Virus record (IMG/VR): IMGVR_UViG_3300036985_007154
Length of the DNA stretch: 64,000 nucleotides
Direction: 5' to 3' (one strand)
Source: an uncultured virus (IMG/VR IMGVR_UViG_3300036985_007154)
Lineage: Duplodnaviria; Heunggongvirae; Uroviricota; Caudoviricetes
The notes under the pieces were generated by a model that was not told where the DNA came from, searched no databases, and saw only the letters and a list, made by a program, of their open reading frames with translations. Every line of letters begins with the position of its first letter. Positions within the stretch are counted from its first letter, which is position 1. Shown here piece after piece: positions 55,150 through 64,000 of the stretch. The translations under genes and the position numbers were made by a program.

Positions 55150-56774
55150 TATAATATTTTTTTATATTCTTCTTTTATTTGAGATACGACATTAGATGCG
55201 TAATATTTTTCGATATCTGAAGGTGGATTGAATTTTTCTTTAGATAAAATAAATCCACCAGAGTCAACTTTATAAATCCAACTTGGTTTTCCACACATCC
55301 ATCCTTCTATAGTTGTTCTACCTAATTGAATACCCGCAGTCTCAGAACATTTTTGGACGTAAGGTTCTACGTTCCATGTTGGAGGAAAGTGTTTTACATG
55401 TGAGTTCATCAATATTGCGGGAAGATAATTGGATTTATCTTCACCAACTATCCAAAGTTCTTTATTGTTATCTGCAGTATAATCAATTAAGTCCATAATT
55501 GTTTCTCTCCTTAGATAATCGATAGTTCCCACAAATAAAATATAGTTTTCTTCTTTTACTGATTTGGGTTTGAATTTTTCATTATCTATTGGATTATAAA
55601 TAACTTCAATCAAATTTTCATCAATTTCAAATTTATCTATGATATGTTCTTTTATTTCAGGTCTTATTGCAATATACTTTTTGATTGACTCGTGTTTGAT
55701 TGGGTCTTCTAATTCAATCACCTCAGAATGTATAGAATAAATTTTATCTATTTCAGGGTAAAATTGAATCATTCTTTCCGCAACTGGTTTATGTTGCATA
55801 TGTATCAAATCAAAATTCACTTCACTAATTCGGTACATGACATTTTCTTGAGATACCTGAAATCCGTTTTCAGTTGTAAGACCCCACTTACCATCACCCA
55901 ACTTAAATCCTGGAGATTGTTCAAACGAAAAACATTTAATTCCTTGTTTTTTTGCCAACTCCGTCAAAGGCCCTCCTATTTGAGATACGACCGTAACATC
56001 ACAATTTTGTTTAATTAAGTTTTTTGCCAACTCATATACATAAAGTTCGGAACCTGTAAATGTTCTGAAAAAAAGACAACTAATTAATACTTTGAGTTTT
56101 TTATTCGGATCGATAGGTAATTTTATTGGGAGATGAGATTTGTATTTTTCTACAAACAATTTTCGATTTTCTTCCCATTGTTGATTGGTCTCCCCGATTG
56201 ATTTATGAGTCATTCGGATATTGGTAATTACTCCGACTTTGACACCTTCAAGATGATTTTCAAGACAAAAAGGGATGTCATAAAAATGGAATCCCTTAAA
56301 ATCTTCACTAAATTGTTTTTTAATTCTTTTCTTATGAATTGCAATAAATAACCCGTCTACTACTACCGTTTCATAAACAGTATTGCCAACTGCATCCGCA
56401 TACTTAGATTCCCATTTTTTCCCATCTTTTTCATGGTTCACAATCCCAACCATTTTTTTTCTATTTTCCCACCACATTCCACCGGCAGGCATCGATGTGG
56501 TTCCTGCCATTCCTATAATCCCAAAATCAGTTTTTTCAAAATGTTTGAGGAGTTTGCTATACCAAGCTGGAGTATCAAAATATATGTCATCATGACAAAG
56601 GAGAACTATATCAGTTTTTGCTTCTGATAATATTTCATTATAAACTTGAGGTAATGATTTTTCCCCATTATTAACCTTTTCAATAACTTCAAGTTTTTTG
56701 AACCCCGAACTTTTTTTAAGATACTCGATAAACTCAGGTTTACTTTCTCTTGTTGAATATCCTACTGTTATCAT
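55149..56774 (-). CDS. two-domain glycosyltransferase (GT2-like plus GT-B)
   Basis: HDDI, VDG, FHFYD in the N-half; GSELY, GRTTIEG in the C-half. Confidence 0.85.
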   Translation of the reverse strand: MITVGYSTRESKPEFIEYLKKSSGFKKLEVIEKVNNGEKSLPQVYNEILSEAKTDIVLLCHDDIYFDTPAWYSKLLKHFEKTDFGIIGMAGTTSMPAGGMWWENRKKMVGIVNHEKDGKKWESKYADAVGNTVYETVVVDGLFIAIHKKRIKKQFSEDFKGFHFYDIPFCLENHLEGVKVGVITNIRMTHKSIGETNQQWEENRKLFVEKYKSHLPIKLPIDPNKKLKVLISCLFFRTFTGSELYVYELAKNLIKQNCDVTVVSQIGGPLTELAKKQGIKCFSFEQSPGFKLGDGKWGLTTENGFQVSQENVMYRISEVNFDLIHMQHKPVAERMIQFYPEIDKIYSIHSEVIELEDPIKHESIKKYIAIRPEIKEHIIDKFEIDENLIEVIYNPIDNEKFKPKSVKEENYILFVGTIDYLRRETIMDLIDYTADNNKELWIVGEDKSNYLPAILMNSHVKHFPPTWNVEPYVQKCSETAGIQLGRTTIEGWMCGKPSWIYKVDSGGFILSKEKFNPPSDIEKYYASNVVSQIKEEYKKIL

Positions 56775-57388
56775 AATCCTGTACTTCCGAAACCATTATC
56801 CATTCTATCTTTATCATCAACTTTATTAGTCAATTCTAATGAAACATATTTTCCACATACTACAGGGCATAAAACCGCTTGAGCAATTTTCATTCCTTTA
56901 GATACAGTGACAGTTTCGTTGTTGGTGTTGAATACAATAACTTTGATTTCTCCAACATATCCTGAATCAACTGTACCTGGGGTATTTAATACTGTAAGTC
57001 CTTGATTCAGGGCCAGTCCACTTTTAGGTCTGACTTGAATTTCATATTCTTCAGGAATTGATAACTTAATACCTGTTGGAATTAAGGCCCTACCGAATGG
57101 GGGGATGTTTATTTCTATAGTTGAACGTAAATCAAAACCTGAATCGGATGGATAAGCGTATGATGGGACTTTTGCGTCTTCATGAACCAACTCAACTCCC
57201 AAAGTTCTGGTTTTCATCATGGTTATGTGACCTTCGTTCATATCGTCAACTGACATTCCCAACATATCTTCTAATTCCTTAATATAATCTTCTTCAGGTT
57301 CAATTCCTGTGTCTTGTTTAATTTGATTGAATGTTTGTTGAATTTGTTTCCAAATTTCATCGTCAATGTTTTCGTTTAATTTCTCCAT
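56771..57388 (-). CDS. dut: trimeric dUTPase with an acidic N-terminal extension
   Basis: SGFDL, RPKSG, GTVDSGYVGE, IAQ, GFGSTG. Confidence 0.95.
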   Translation of the reverse strand: MEKLNENIDDEIWKQIQQTFNQIKQDTGIEPEEDYIKELEDMLGMSVDDMNEGHITMMKTRTLGVELVHEDAKVPSYAYPSDSGFDLRSTIEINIPPFGRALIPTGIKLSIPEEYEIQVRPKSGLALNQGLTVLNTPGTVDSGYVGEIKVIVFNTNNETVTVSKGMKIAQAVLCPVVCGKYVSLELTNKVDDKDRMDNGFGSTGL

Positions 57389-58089
57389 TATGTTAAAGTT
57401 GTAATTTTTTTTATGACATCAATTAATACTAATACATCTTTTTCACAGTATTCCACAATACCCTTGATGTCTTTATTTGTCCAATATGCTTCATGAACTT
57501 TGTTTCCGGTGACTTCCATATTTTTTGAGGATTCAACTCCCATAGATACACACATTAATTCTAAAGATGCAATTGTTCCATAACCACCATATTGCCATAA
57601 TTCTTTTGTGTCTAACGCCTTAATCTCCCATGGTTTTGTATCATGTCCGGGTAATATTTTTGGAGGTAACAAACCGTTAATAATCATTCGTTTTGCTAAC
57701 ATCGGAATATCAAATCCCTTGACGTTATGTCCACACAAGAAAAATCCTAATTCACCAACTCTACGTAATAGTTTTTGAACATCTTGTAACAAATCTTTCT
57801 CATTTTTGTTACTGAATGATTGCATCTTTGTTTCACCTTTTTCTGTGACAAAGGCAACACTCACACAAGCAATTCTTGCAAACTCAGGCACTAATGCCGC
57901 TCTATTAACAAACATTTGTCCAACTGGTTTATCAGCATCCTCAGGGAATCTTTTTTGAAACCAATCGATATAATTTTCGAATACAAAAGAAAGTTCAAGA
58001 TTGGATTTTTTCAAAGACTCCCAATCAGATTGTACTCCTACGGTTTCAATATCAATAAAAAGTAATTTTTCTAATGGAATATTAATCAT
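57388..58089 (-). CDS. DnaQ-like 3'-5' exonuclease (PolB-exo2 type)
   Basis: DIET, HNVKGFD, YCEKDV. Confidence 0.9.
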   Translation of the reverse strand: MINIPLEKLLFIDIETVGVQSDWESLKKSNLELSFVFENYIDWFQKRFPEDADKPVGQMFVNRAALVPEFARIACVSVAFVTEKGETKMQSFSNKNEKDLLQDVQKLLRRVGELGFFLCGHNVKGFDIPMLAKRMIINGLLPPKILPGHDTKPWEIKALDTKELWQYGGYGTIASLELMCVSMGVESSKNMEVTGNKVHEAYWTNKDIKGIVEYCEKDVLVLIDVIKKITTLT

Positions 58090-59306
58090 GATTTATTTGC
58101 GATATCTATATAAAATTGTTTTCTATCATTTGTAACATTATTCAAGTCATACTTGTCTTTAACGGTTTCGTATAACCTTTCACCCATATCTTTAATAAGA
58201 TTTGGATTTTTAACTAATTTCTCGATGAACTTAGACCAGTCTGCGTGGTTTCTTGCTTCGTTAACTAAAATAGCATTTCCATCTACAAAATTTCCATTGT
58301 CTAAACAATGTTTCAAATCGATAGTATAAGGACCAATGTTAGATGCAATTATTGCCTTTTTATAGAAACCAGCCTCAATTACCTTCAACTGAGATTTCAT
58401 TCTATTAAACATTGTGTTTTTGATTGGAGATAAAGAAATATCAAACTTGGAATAATTTTTAGCATAACCTGTCACAGGTTTTGTCCATACTCTTAGATAT
58501 GATTCATCTTTACCCTCAGTATATTCTTCTTGAACGTATTTTAATAAATGATTTTTGTAACCTTCAGAAATTATTTTATAGTTCTGAGTAAATATCTTTT
58601 CATATTGTGCCCATACGGTTTCAGCAGGTAAAATATTTCTTTTGGTTTGTTCTTTTGTTTGTGCGTTTATTTCAGTTACAGATCCTCTTGTATCAAATCC
58701 GCACAATACATATTGTACTTTATCTTTTAGATGTAGTAGTTTTGAAAATCCTGAATCTAATAATTGAATATCGTGTAAGTGAGATGATCCGCCTAACCAT
58801 CCAACTCTGACTTTATCAGATTCTTCAGTTTTTTCTTTGAACTGTGATTCGTTAGGATTGATTGCGTTCGGGAATACAATAACATTTTTGTTGTATTTGC
58901 GGATTTCATCTGCAAATATTTCGGTTGTGGTTGTGACAAATCTGGCAACTTTAAGATTTTCAACAATCTTTTCATTGATTTTGTTAACCCGAATAATATC
59001 GTGAATCGGATGTTCTTTACCTGGCATCCAATAATCATCAATGTCGCAAACGGTGGCAACACCTAACGAATTTAACATTTGGATTAATCTATGTGCCCTG
59101 TCGAAATCAGGACCGATACTTCTGTGAAACGCAACTATTTGGTATTGAGTCCAAAAGTTAATATCATCATATGGAGTATCGTATATAATATCAACGTGAA
59201 ATTCATCAGGATATTGATTTTGTAAAAAAATGTGAGGATCTACTGATCTAAATTTACCGACTCCGCTTCTGTCCGAGGGTACGACTAAAACTTTAATTTT
59301 TGACAT
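58086..59306 (-). CDS. GT-B (GT4-like) glycosyltransferase
   Basis: DIDD, GWLGG, FNRMKSQLKVIEAG. Confidence 0.88.
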   Translation of the reverse strand: MSKIKVLVVPSDRSGVGKFRSVDPHIFLQNQYPDEFHVDIIYDTPYDDINFWTQYQIVAFHRSIGPDFDRAHRLIQMLNSLGVATVCDIDDYWMPGKEHPIHDIIRVNKINEKIVENLKVARFVTTTTEIFADEIRKYNKNVIVFPNAINPNESQFKEKTEESDKVRVGWLGGSSHLHDIQLLDSGFSKLLHLKDKVQYVLCGFDTRGSVTEINAQTKEQTKRNILPAETVWAQYEKIFTQNYKIISEGYKNHLLKYVQEEYTEGKDESYLRVWTKPVTGYAKNYSKFDISLSPIKNTMFNRMKSQLKVIEAGFYKKAIIASNIGPYTIDLKHCLDNGNFVDGNAILVNEARNHADWSKFIEKLVKNPNLIKDMGERLYETVKDKYDLNNVTNDRKQFYIDIANKS

Positions 59307-59359
59307 AAGTTATGAATATACCCTGAAGTATAAGATTTTATATCAAATAAGAAAAGTGG

Positions 59360-59986
59360 TTAAGATAACTTTTTAATCTTCGTTACTTTACCCTCAAATA
59401 TGTGTTTGCCAACTTTGAAACTGAATAACTCATTTGTTTTGTCGGTCGATTCTACTAACAATCCATTTTCTCTGAGAGCTTCGTTAACGGCTTCATTAAT
59501 CATTTTCTGTAACAATTTATAGTCAATATTTGTTACGGGAGATGGTTGAGTAGATTGTATTTGTTGTTTAGGTTTTGCCGACTCAGGAGTGTAACTTCCA
59601 GGATTTTCTTTCATTAATCTTGAAGCTCTTTCTATTAAATCATTAGAAAGTGTAGCGGTTTGTTGTTGTGGTTGTGAAATTGGATGTTCCATCATGAGTT
59701 TCTTAATCTCATCAGGAAGTCTTGAATTTTTGATAGCATCTATTGTAGGGACTCCAACCGGTTTTGTGTTTTCAACGGGTAAAGATGATAAATAAGGTTG
59801 ACTCATTTGTTGCGATGGTTGTTCCTGAAGATACTCTTGAGGTATATTGTATTTTGCTGGTGGCATATTGAATGATTCCACCATATTGGATGGGGAGTTC
59901 ATTTCTCTATTATCGATTCTTTTTATACCATCAGTCTTATCCATGATGGCTTTAGAAATCATAAGTTTTTGCATTAATTGGTCCAT
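59360..59986 (-). CDS. hypothetical protein
   Basis: ORF. Confidence 0.8.
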   Translation of the reverse strand: MDQLMQKLMISKAIMDKTDGIKRIDNREMNSPSNMVESFNMPPAKYNIPQEYLQEQPSQQMSQPYLSSLPVENTKPVGVPTIDAIKNSRLPDEIKKLMMEHPISQPQQQTATLSNDLIERASRLMKENPGSYTPESAKPKQQIQSTQPSPVTNIDYKLLQKMINEAVNEALRENGLLVESTDKTNELFSFKVGKHIFEGKVTKIKKLS

Positions 59987-59988
59987 AA

Positions 59989-60369
59989 TTAGAATTTTGC
60001 TATAATAATAATCGAAGTCATACTTTTGTCACCATTTGGATTGAAATTTGGTTTCATTTCTATGAAATTTTCTCCAGATGGTTTTAGTGATAGTAATTTA
60101 TCCAATCTAAAAAGTCTCCACCCTGGCAAAGGCTGTTCTCCTTTGTAGGCTGTGTGAGATGAACCTTCTTCATCCCACGCTCGTAATACTTTGTTTCCTG
60201 CCTTACTTATACCTAAACACACAGGTTCAATTTCTCTGAGTCCTCTACCACCTGGCTCATCGCCATCATAATAGATAATCACTTTCTGTTTATTTTTAAT
60301 AGCATTAACAACACTATCGACAGAAGCGATTTCACAAATTAAACCTTTAAGTGCTTCTTGTAATTTCAT
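59989..60369 (-). CDS. stand-alone WYL-domain protein
   Basis: IYY...REIEPVCLG...LRAW...WRLFRLDKL. Confidence 0.8.
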   Translation of the reverse strand: MKLQEALKGLICEIASVDSVVNAIKNKQKVIIYYDGDEPGGRGLREIEPVCLGISKAGNKVLRAWDEEGSSHTAYKGEQPLPGWRLFRLDKLLSLKPSGENFIEMKPNFNPNGDKSMTSIIIIAKF

Positions 60370-60662
60370 TAAAAGTTAGGGTAAGTCTTTGATGAATTGA
60401 ATTTATTTATCTTAATTTCATTTTTTCTTTCAACTACATCTGTAATTGTCCCAGCGTTCACATTATAAACATCCAAAAATGTTCCAGTACCTCTACCCAT
60501 AGAATCACCATCCGCAACTGCGTCTCGGTTAACTACAGAGTATTCGTTACCAACTGCGTTAAAATCATTTTTAGGTATTAGTTTTGCTCTTTCTACATCA
60601 CCAATTGCGGTCAATGCATTTGGGATATCTTGAGATAAATCGATTGCGAGTTCGTTTCCCAT
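60369..60662 (-). CDS. hypothetical protein
   Basis: Coupled ORF. Confidence 0.75.
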   Translation of the reverse strand: MGNELAIDLSQDIPNALTAIGDVERAKLIPKNDFNAVGNEYSVVNRDAVADGDSMGRGTGTFLDVYNVNAGTITDVVERKNEIKINKFNSSKTYPNF

Positions 60663-60664
60663 AA

Positions 60665-61141
60665 TTATAATTGTTTCATTATTTCGTTTATTCTTTTAAG
60701 ACTTTCAGTTACCGCTGAGTCATGTTTGTTGAATGTGTTATCGTGTTTTTGTGAGGGTCTCACATTGGTAAAATCTTTTTTCTCGTGAGGTTTGATAAAT
60801 TGATTCATCATTCCAGCATCCATTTTATTTGTTTTGGTCATTTTGGTGTAGTCCCTCATTTTCCTTAACTCATTGTTAACCCAATTTTTCATTTCAACAC
60901 CACCATTCAAAATGAATGAGGATTCTTTATGATTTCCGATAAAATTGTCAAAAAAGTTTTTTATTCTTTTTAATTGTTTGTACTCTATATAATTTTTACC
61001 TTGTAATTCTTGATTTCGGTTATACCCTTCAGTATTTTCATCGGCATTTTTTACCATGTGGAAACATTTTTTCATATGGTTCCGCATAGTTGATGGAAAT
61101 TCAATTTCACCTTTGGCCGAATTATATAAATCGTTATTCAC
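60665..61141 (-). CDS. hypothetical protein
   Basis: Coupled ORF. Confidence 0.75.
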   Translation of the reverse strand: MNNDLYNSAKGEIEFPSTMRNHMKKCFHMVKNADENTEGYNRNQELQGKNYIEYKQLKRIKNFFDNFIGNHKESSFILNGGVEMKNWVNNELRKMRDYTKMTKTNKMDAGMMNQFIKPHEKKDFTNVRPSQKHDNTFNKHDSAVTESLKRINEIMKQL

Positions 61142-61943
61142 CTTGAATTATTTTTATTAAATCTTTTTTGGAAAACCCGTGTTTTTCTGCTTGTTTAATT
61201 AATGACTGAAGATTTTTTTTCAAAACTGGAGACAAACTTTCAGTTTCTTTTTTTCCAACATCAGCCGACCCTGAATCTTTTTTCTTTGCCAACATATCCT
61301 CCACAACTTTAATTGCCTTTTGTTTCTGAATTTCAGATAAAGTTGCCCTTGTTATAAAATTTGGATCGTCAGAATATTCTGACTTTTCATCTTTTTTACA
61401 CGTCCAATCTTTACCTTGTTGTGATACTCGGTCTTTAGCTTCATCTTTTTCCATCCCTAATTCTTTCACAAAATATTTGTAAGTTTCACACCCATCCATA
61501 TCTTTGGTTTCCTCATAACCGAATGCTCCTGACATATCAATTTCCTTAACTTCACTTTCTCCGTAGTATGTTCTATAACCACGAGAAATTGGGTCGTTTG
61601 TGATACGTGCGGCTGAAACAGTCTGGTCCATAGTTTTTCTTGGGTGTAATCTCGGATCCAAAATTGGAATTTTGGAGTTTGACATACTTCCATCAGAATT
61701 CACTAATTCCTCTAAATCAGTCTTCAAAGTTTTTGTATCTTTGATTTTCTTTTCTTTTGTAACTTTTTTCAAATGTTTTTTCACCTTTTCACCTTTTTCT
61801 TTAGAGAAGTGAACAACCTCATCTTTTTTACGTGATTCGGTCAAAGTATTCTCAACAGAGAAATATAAGGAATACTTATCTCCCTTGTCTCTCATAAGGA
61901 AATAGTATGGTGATGAAAAAAATTCAGTATCTACAGGAATCAT
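61134..61943 (-). CDS. hypothetical protein
   Basis: ORF with TATTTATA upstream. Confidence 0.8.
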   Translation of the reverse strand: MIPVDTEFFSSPYYFLMRDKGDKYSLYFSVENTLTESRKKDEVVHFSKEKGEKVKKHLKKVTKEKKIKDTKTLKTDLEELVNSDGSMSNSKIPILDPRLHPRKTMDQTVSAARITNDPISRGYRTYYGESEVKEIDMSGAFGYEETKDMDGCETYKYFVKELGMEKDEAKDRVSQQGKDWTCKKDEKSEYSDDPNFITRATLSEIQKQKAIKVVEDMLAKKKDSGSADVGKKETESLSPVLKKNLQSLIKQAEKHGFSKKDLIKIIQGE

Positions 61944-61995
61944 AGCGCATTTTTTATCTATAAATACTATGACATAAGGTATTTATCATTAGTTT

Positions 61996-64000
61996 ATGGC
62001 ATATCAAAATATTAATCAGTATAATTTTAGACGTTGGGGGATTAAACCCGTCAACGAAATTACCGATATCTGTTTGGCTTCAGACGAGAAGGACTATGAC
62101 CAGGAGGTAATTTTTTCACCATTATTAATTGGTGAAGTTGATGGAAATAGAATGCCATTCAGATTTGATTTCAATAGTACTGCAACAACGATATGCCAAT
62201 CTGGAGTATGTACTTTTGATGATAATGTTATCGTTTCTGAAAATTATTGGAATCCTGATGACATTGACCCTAACTTTTGTCCCATAATTACAAATATTTG
62301 TGACGTTGGTTTGACTGGTATTGATAATGGTTTGGTTAAAAACATGTCGGGTGAGACAATCCAAATAACCACAGGACTTTACACAAACAATTCAGACAAA
62401 TATAGTAGATACAAGTACGATAGGAGAATGAAACTTCACCCTATCACAGGATTTACTACCACACAAAATCGACTTTGGAATGATGATTCTTACAGTTACG
62501 ATTTGAACTATGCAACTGATGGCGGCACAGTTGGATATTTCGCAAGATTAGATGGTGGATTTTTCCAAGGGTTCTACAAAATACCTGGATATGATTATCA
62601 AATTTTTCCACAGAGAGTATCATTAGGGTGGACATCTGAATTCATGTTAAGATACAGATGGACAGGAGATACTTCTGTCGGACTTAACGCAAGATATCCT
62701 GATAATAAAGGTACGTTCTTTTATATGGGTTCAAGAGCGGAGAACAAATTCTATCACTACGCTGACGGAGAACCAAAACAAGATACTGGTTATACAAGAG
62801 TAACTTCAGGTTTAACTTGTATGCATACTTGTGGTTGTGCTAGTTCGGCAAATACATCATCACAATGTTTACAAGTGTATCAACCATCGGGAGGTACGAT
62901 AACTCACTGTACTTGTGGATGTCCTTGTGATTGTCAAACAAACGCCAAATACCCTGAAAAAGACCCGTTATATGATGGAGTATCTAACGGATTATCATTA
63001 AGACTTAGTGGTGACACAGGAAGTCCAAGATTATGTGTTAAGACATATAGAATCACTGGAGGTTGTGAATTTAGCGGAGCTTGTCTTACAGGTTTGACTT
63101 ATCACACTGGAACATCTGTAACTGAATGGTGTTCAACAAGAGGAATCTTTGACGACTGTAGTGGAACTACATATCAAAATGTAGAACATTGGGTTCAGAT
63201 TGATGCGGTGTTCCAAAGATACGAATGGTTAGATAAGTGTGACTTATATGATAAAGGTGGGTTAGGGTTACTTGTTAAAGACACTTATTTTGCAACAATA
63301 GAAGATAGAAGTGTCACTTTAATTGAACCTCCATTAACTCATGAACAGCCTTATGACCCACCAAGTACCGAAGTTGTTACGTTTAACGACATGTGGACTG
63401 AAGAACAAAAGTACAGATTAGGTACCCTTAAGTTTTATGTTAATGGAAAATTATTCTTGGTTACAGAAAACTTTGAGGAGATTATTCCAAGACTTCTTAA
63501 TGTTGAAAAAGAAAAACAAATTGGGGTTGGTTATAACATTTCTGTCGGGGGAGGTACTCAAGGTTTACATGACAACTTAACTTTTTCAGGTGGATGTCCT
63601 GCGGAATTAAGTGGAATAACTTACCAACAAGATCCAGAATGTTTAACTGATTATGACTTAGAACACACAGAGTATTCTGGCCTTACAACTCAAATAAGAT
63701 TAGAAGAAATTTTTGGTGGTAGTATGATTGGTGATGTTAGTGCATTTAGAATGTATACTGAACCATTAAACGCTTCTCAAATCAAACATAATTTTAGAAT
63801 ATTAAAAAACAGATATAATCTATTAGACCCTGACTGTTTAAATTGTAGAATTACAATACCAAATAATGATTTAGTTTATCTACCATTACCTTGTAATGAT
63901 TTAGGATATTTGATGGTACCATGTAATGATTTGTTTTCTTCTTTCTATCCATGTCCAACAACAACTCCTACGGTAACTCCAACACCTACAGTAACTCCAA
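61996..64000 (+). CDS. large virion/surface protein (LamG-like C-terminal features, Cys-rich, start of a TPT tract); 3'-truncated by the window
   Basis: Starts MAYQNINQY...; the stretches read appear open to the window end (absent from the ORF track, consistent with no stop in the window); KFYVNGK, IGDVSAFRMY.EPL. Confidence 0.75.
   Translation, partial: MAYQNINQYNFRRWGIKPVNEITDICLASDEKDYDQEVIFSPLLIGEVDGNRMPFRFDFNSTATTICQSGVCTFDDNVIVSENYWNPDDIDPNFCPIITNICDVGLTGIDNGLVKNMSGETIQITTGLYTNNSDKYSRYKYDRRMKLHPITGFTTTQNRLWNDDSYSYDLNYATDGGTVGYFARLDGGFFQGFYKIPGYDYQIFPQRVSLGWTSEFMLRYRWTGDTSVGLNARYPDNKGTFFYMGSRAENKFYHYADGEPKQDTGYTRVTSGLTCMHTCGCASSANTSSQCLQVYQPSGGTITHCTCGCPCDCQTNAKYPEKDPLYDGVSNGLSLRLSGDTGSPRLCVKTYRITGGCEFSGACLTGLTYHTGTSVTEWCSTRGIFDDCSGTTYQNVEHWVQIDAVFQRYEWLDKCDLYDKGGLGLLVKDTYFATIEDRSVTLIEPPLTHEQPYDPPSTEVVTFNDMWTEEQKYRLGTLKFYVNGKLFLVTENFEEIIPRLLNVEKEKQIGVGYNISVGGGTQGLHDNLTFSGGCPAELSGITYQQDPECLTDYDLEHTEYSGLTTQIRLEEIFGGSMIGDVSAFRMYTEPLNASQIKHNFRILKNRYNLLDPDCLNCRITIPNNDLVYLPLPCNDLGYLMVPCNDLFSSFYPCPTTTPTVTPTPTVTP

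Noticed and set aside
1..64000. Stop-codon reassignment, as seen in some jumbo phages
   Set aside because: Core genes are full length in code 11, TAA, TAG and TGA all terminate genes, and no suppressor tRNA was found

Overview
A 64-kb, AT-rich segment of a T4-like jumbo bacteriophage using the standard genetic code. The host is probably a Bacteroidetes, judged from TAnnTTTG promoters, a TonB-dependent receptor/lipoprotein pair and a phage bS21. From left to right it holds: (1) a tRNA cluster (0.7-3.1 kb) with 8 normal tRNAs, 3 aberrant tRNA-like RNAs, extra structured RNA elements and a candidate leader-peptide attenuator; (2) accessory genes, including an ORF that carries an in-frame CRISPR-like array of 36-nt repeats and 30-nt spacers; (3) a TonB-dependent receptor and lipoprotein, tmRNA, peptidases, a ClpC-type ATPase and a UVR-domain protein; (4) the head module (terminase, portal, bS21, prohead protease, scaffold, major capsid protein); (5) baseplate-like and virion genes and a gp55-like sigma factor; (6) a ~18-kb glycan-biosynthesis cluster with PhoH, dUTPase and an exonuclease; (7) a WYL protein and a long virion ORF that runs off the right end. 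The strongest novelty candidates are the translated CRISPR-like array (6707-7207) and the leader peptide/attenuator whose codons match the phage's own tRNA set (822-993). All calls come from manual motif and structure reading; no database search was run.
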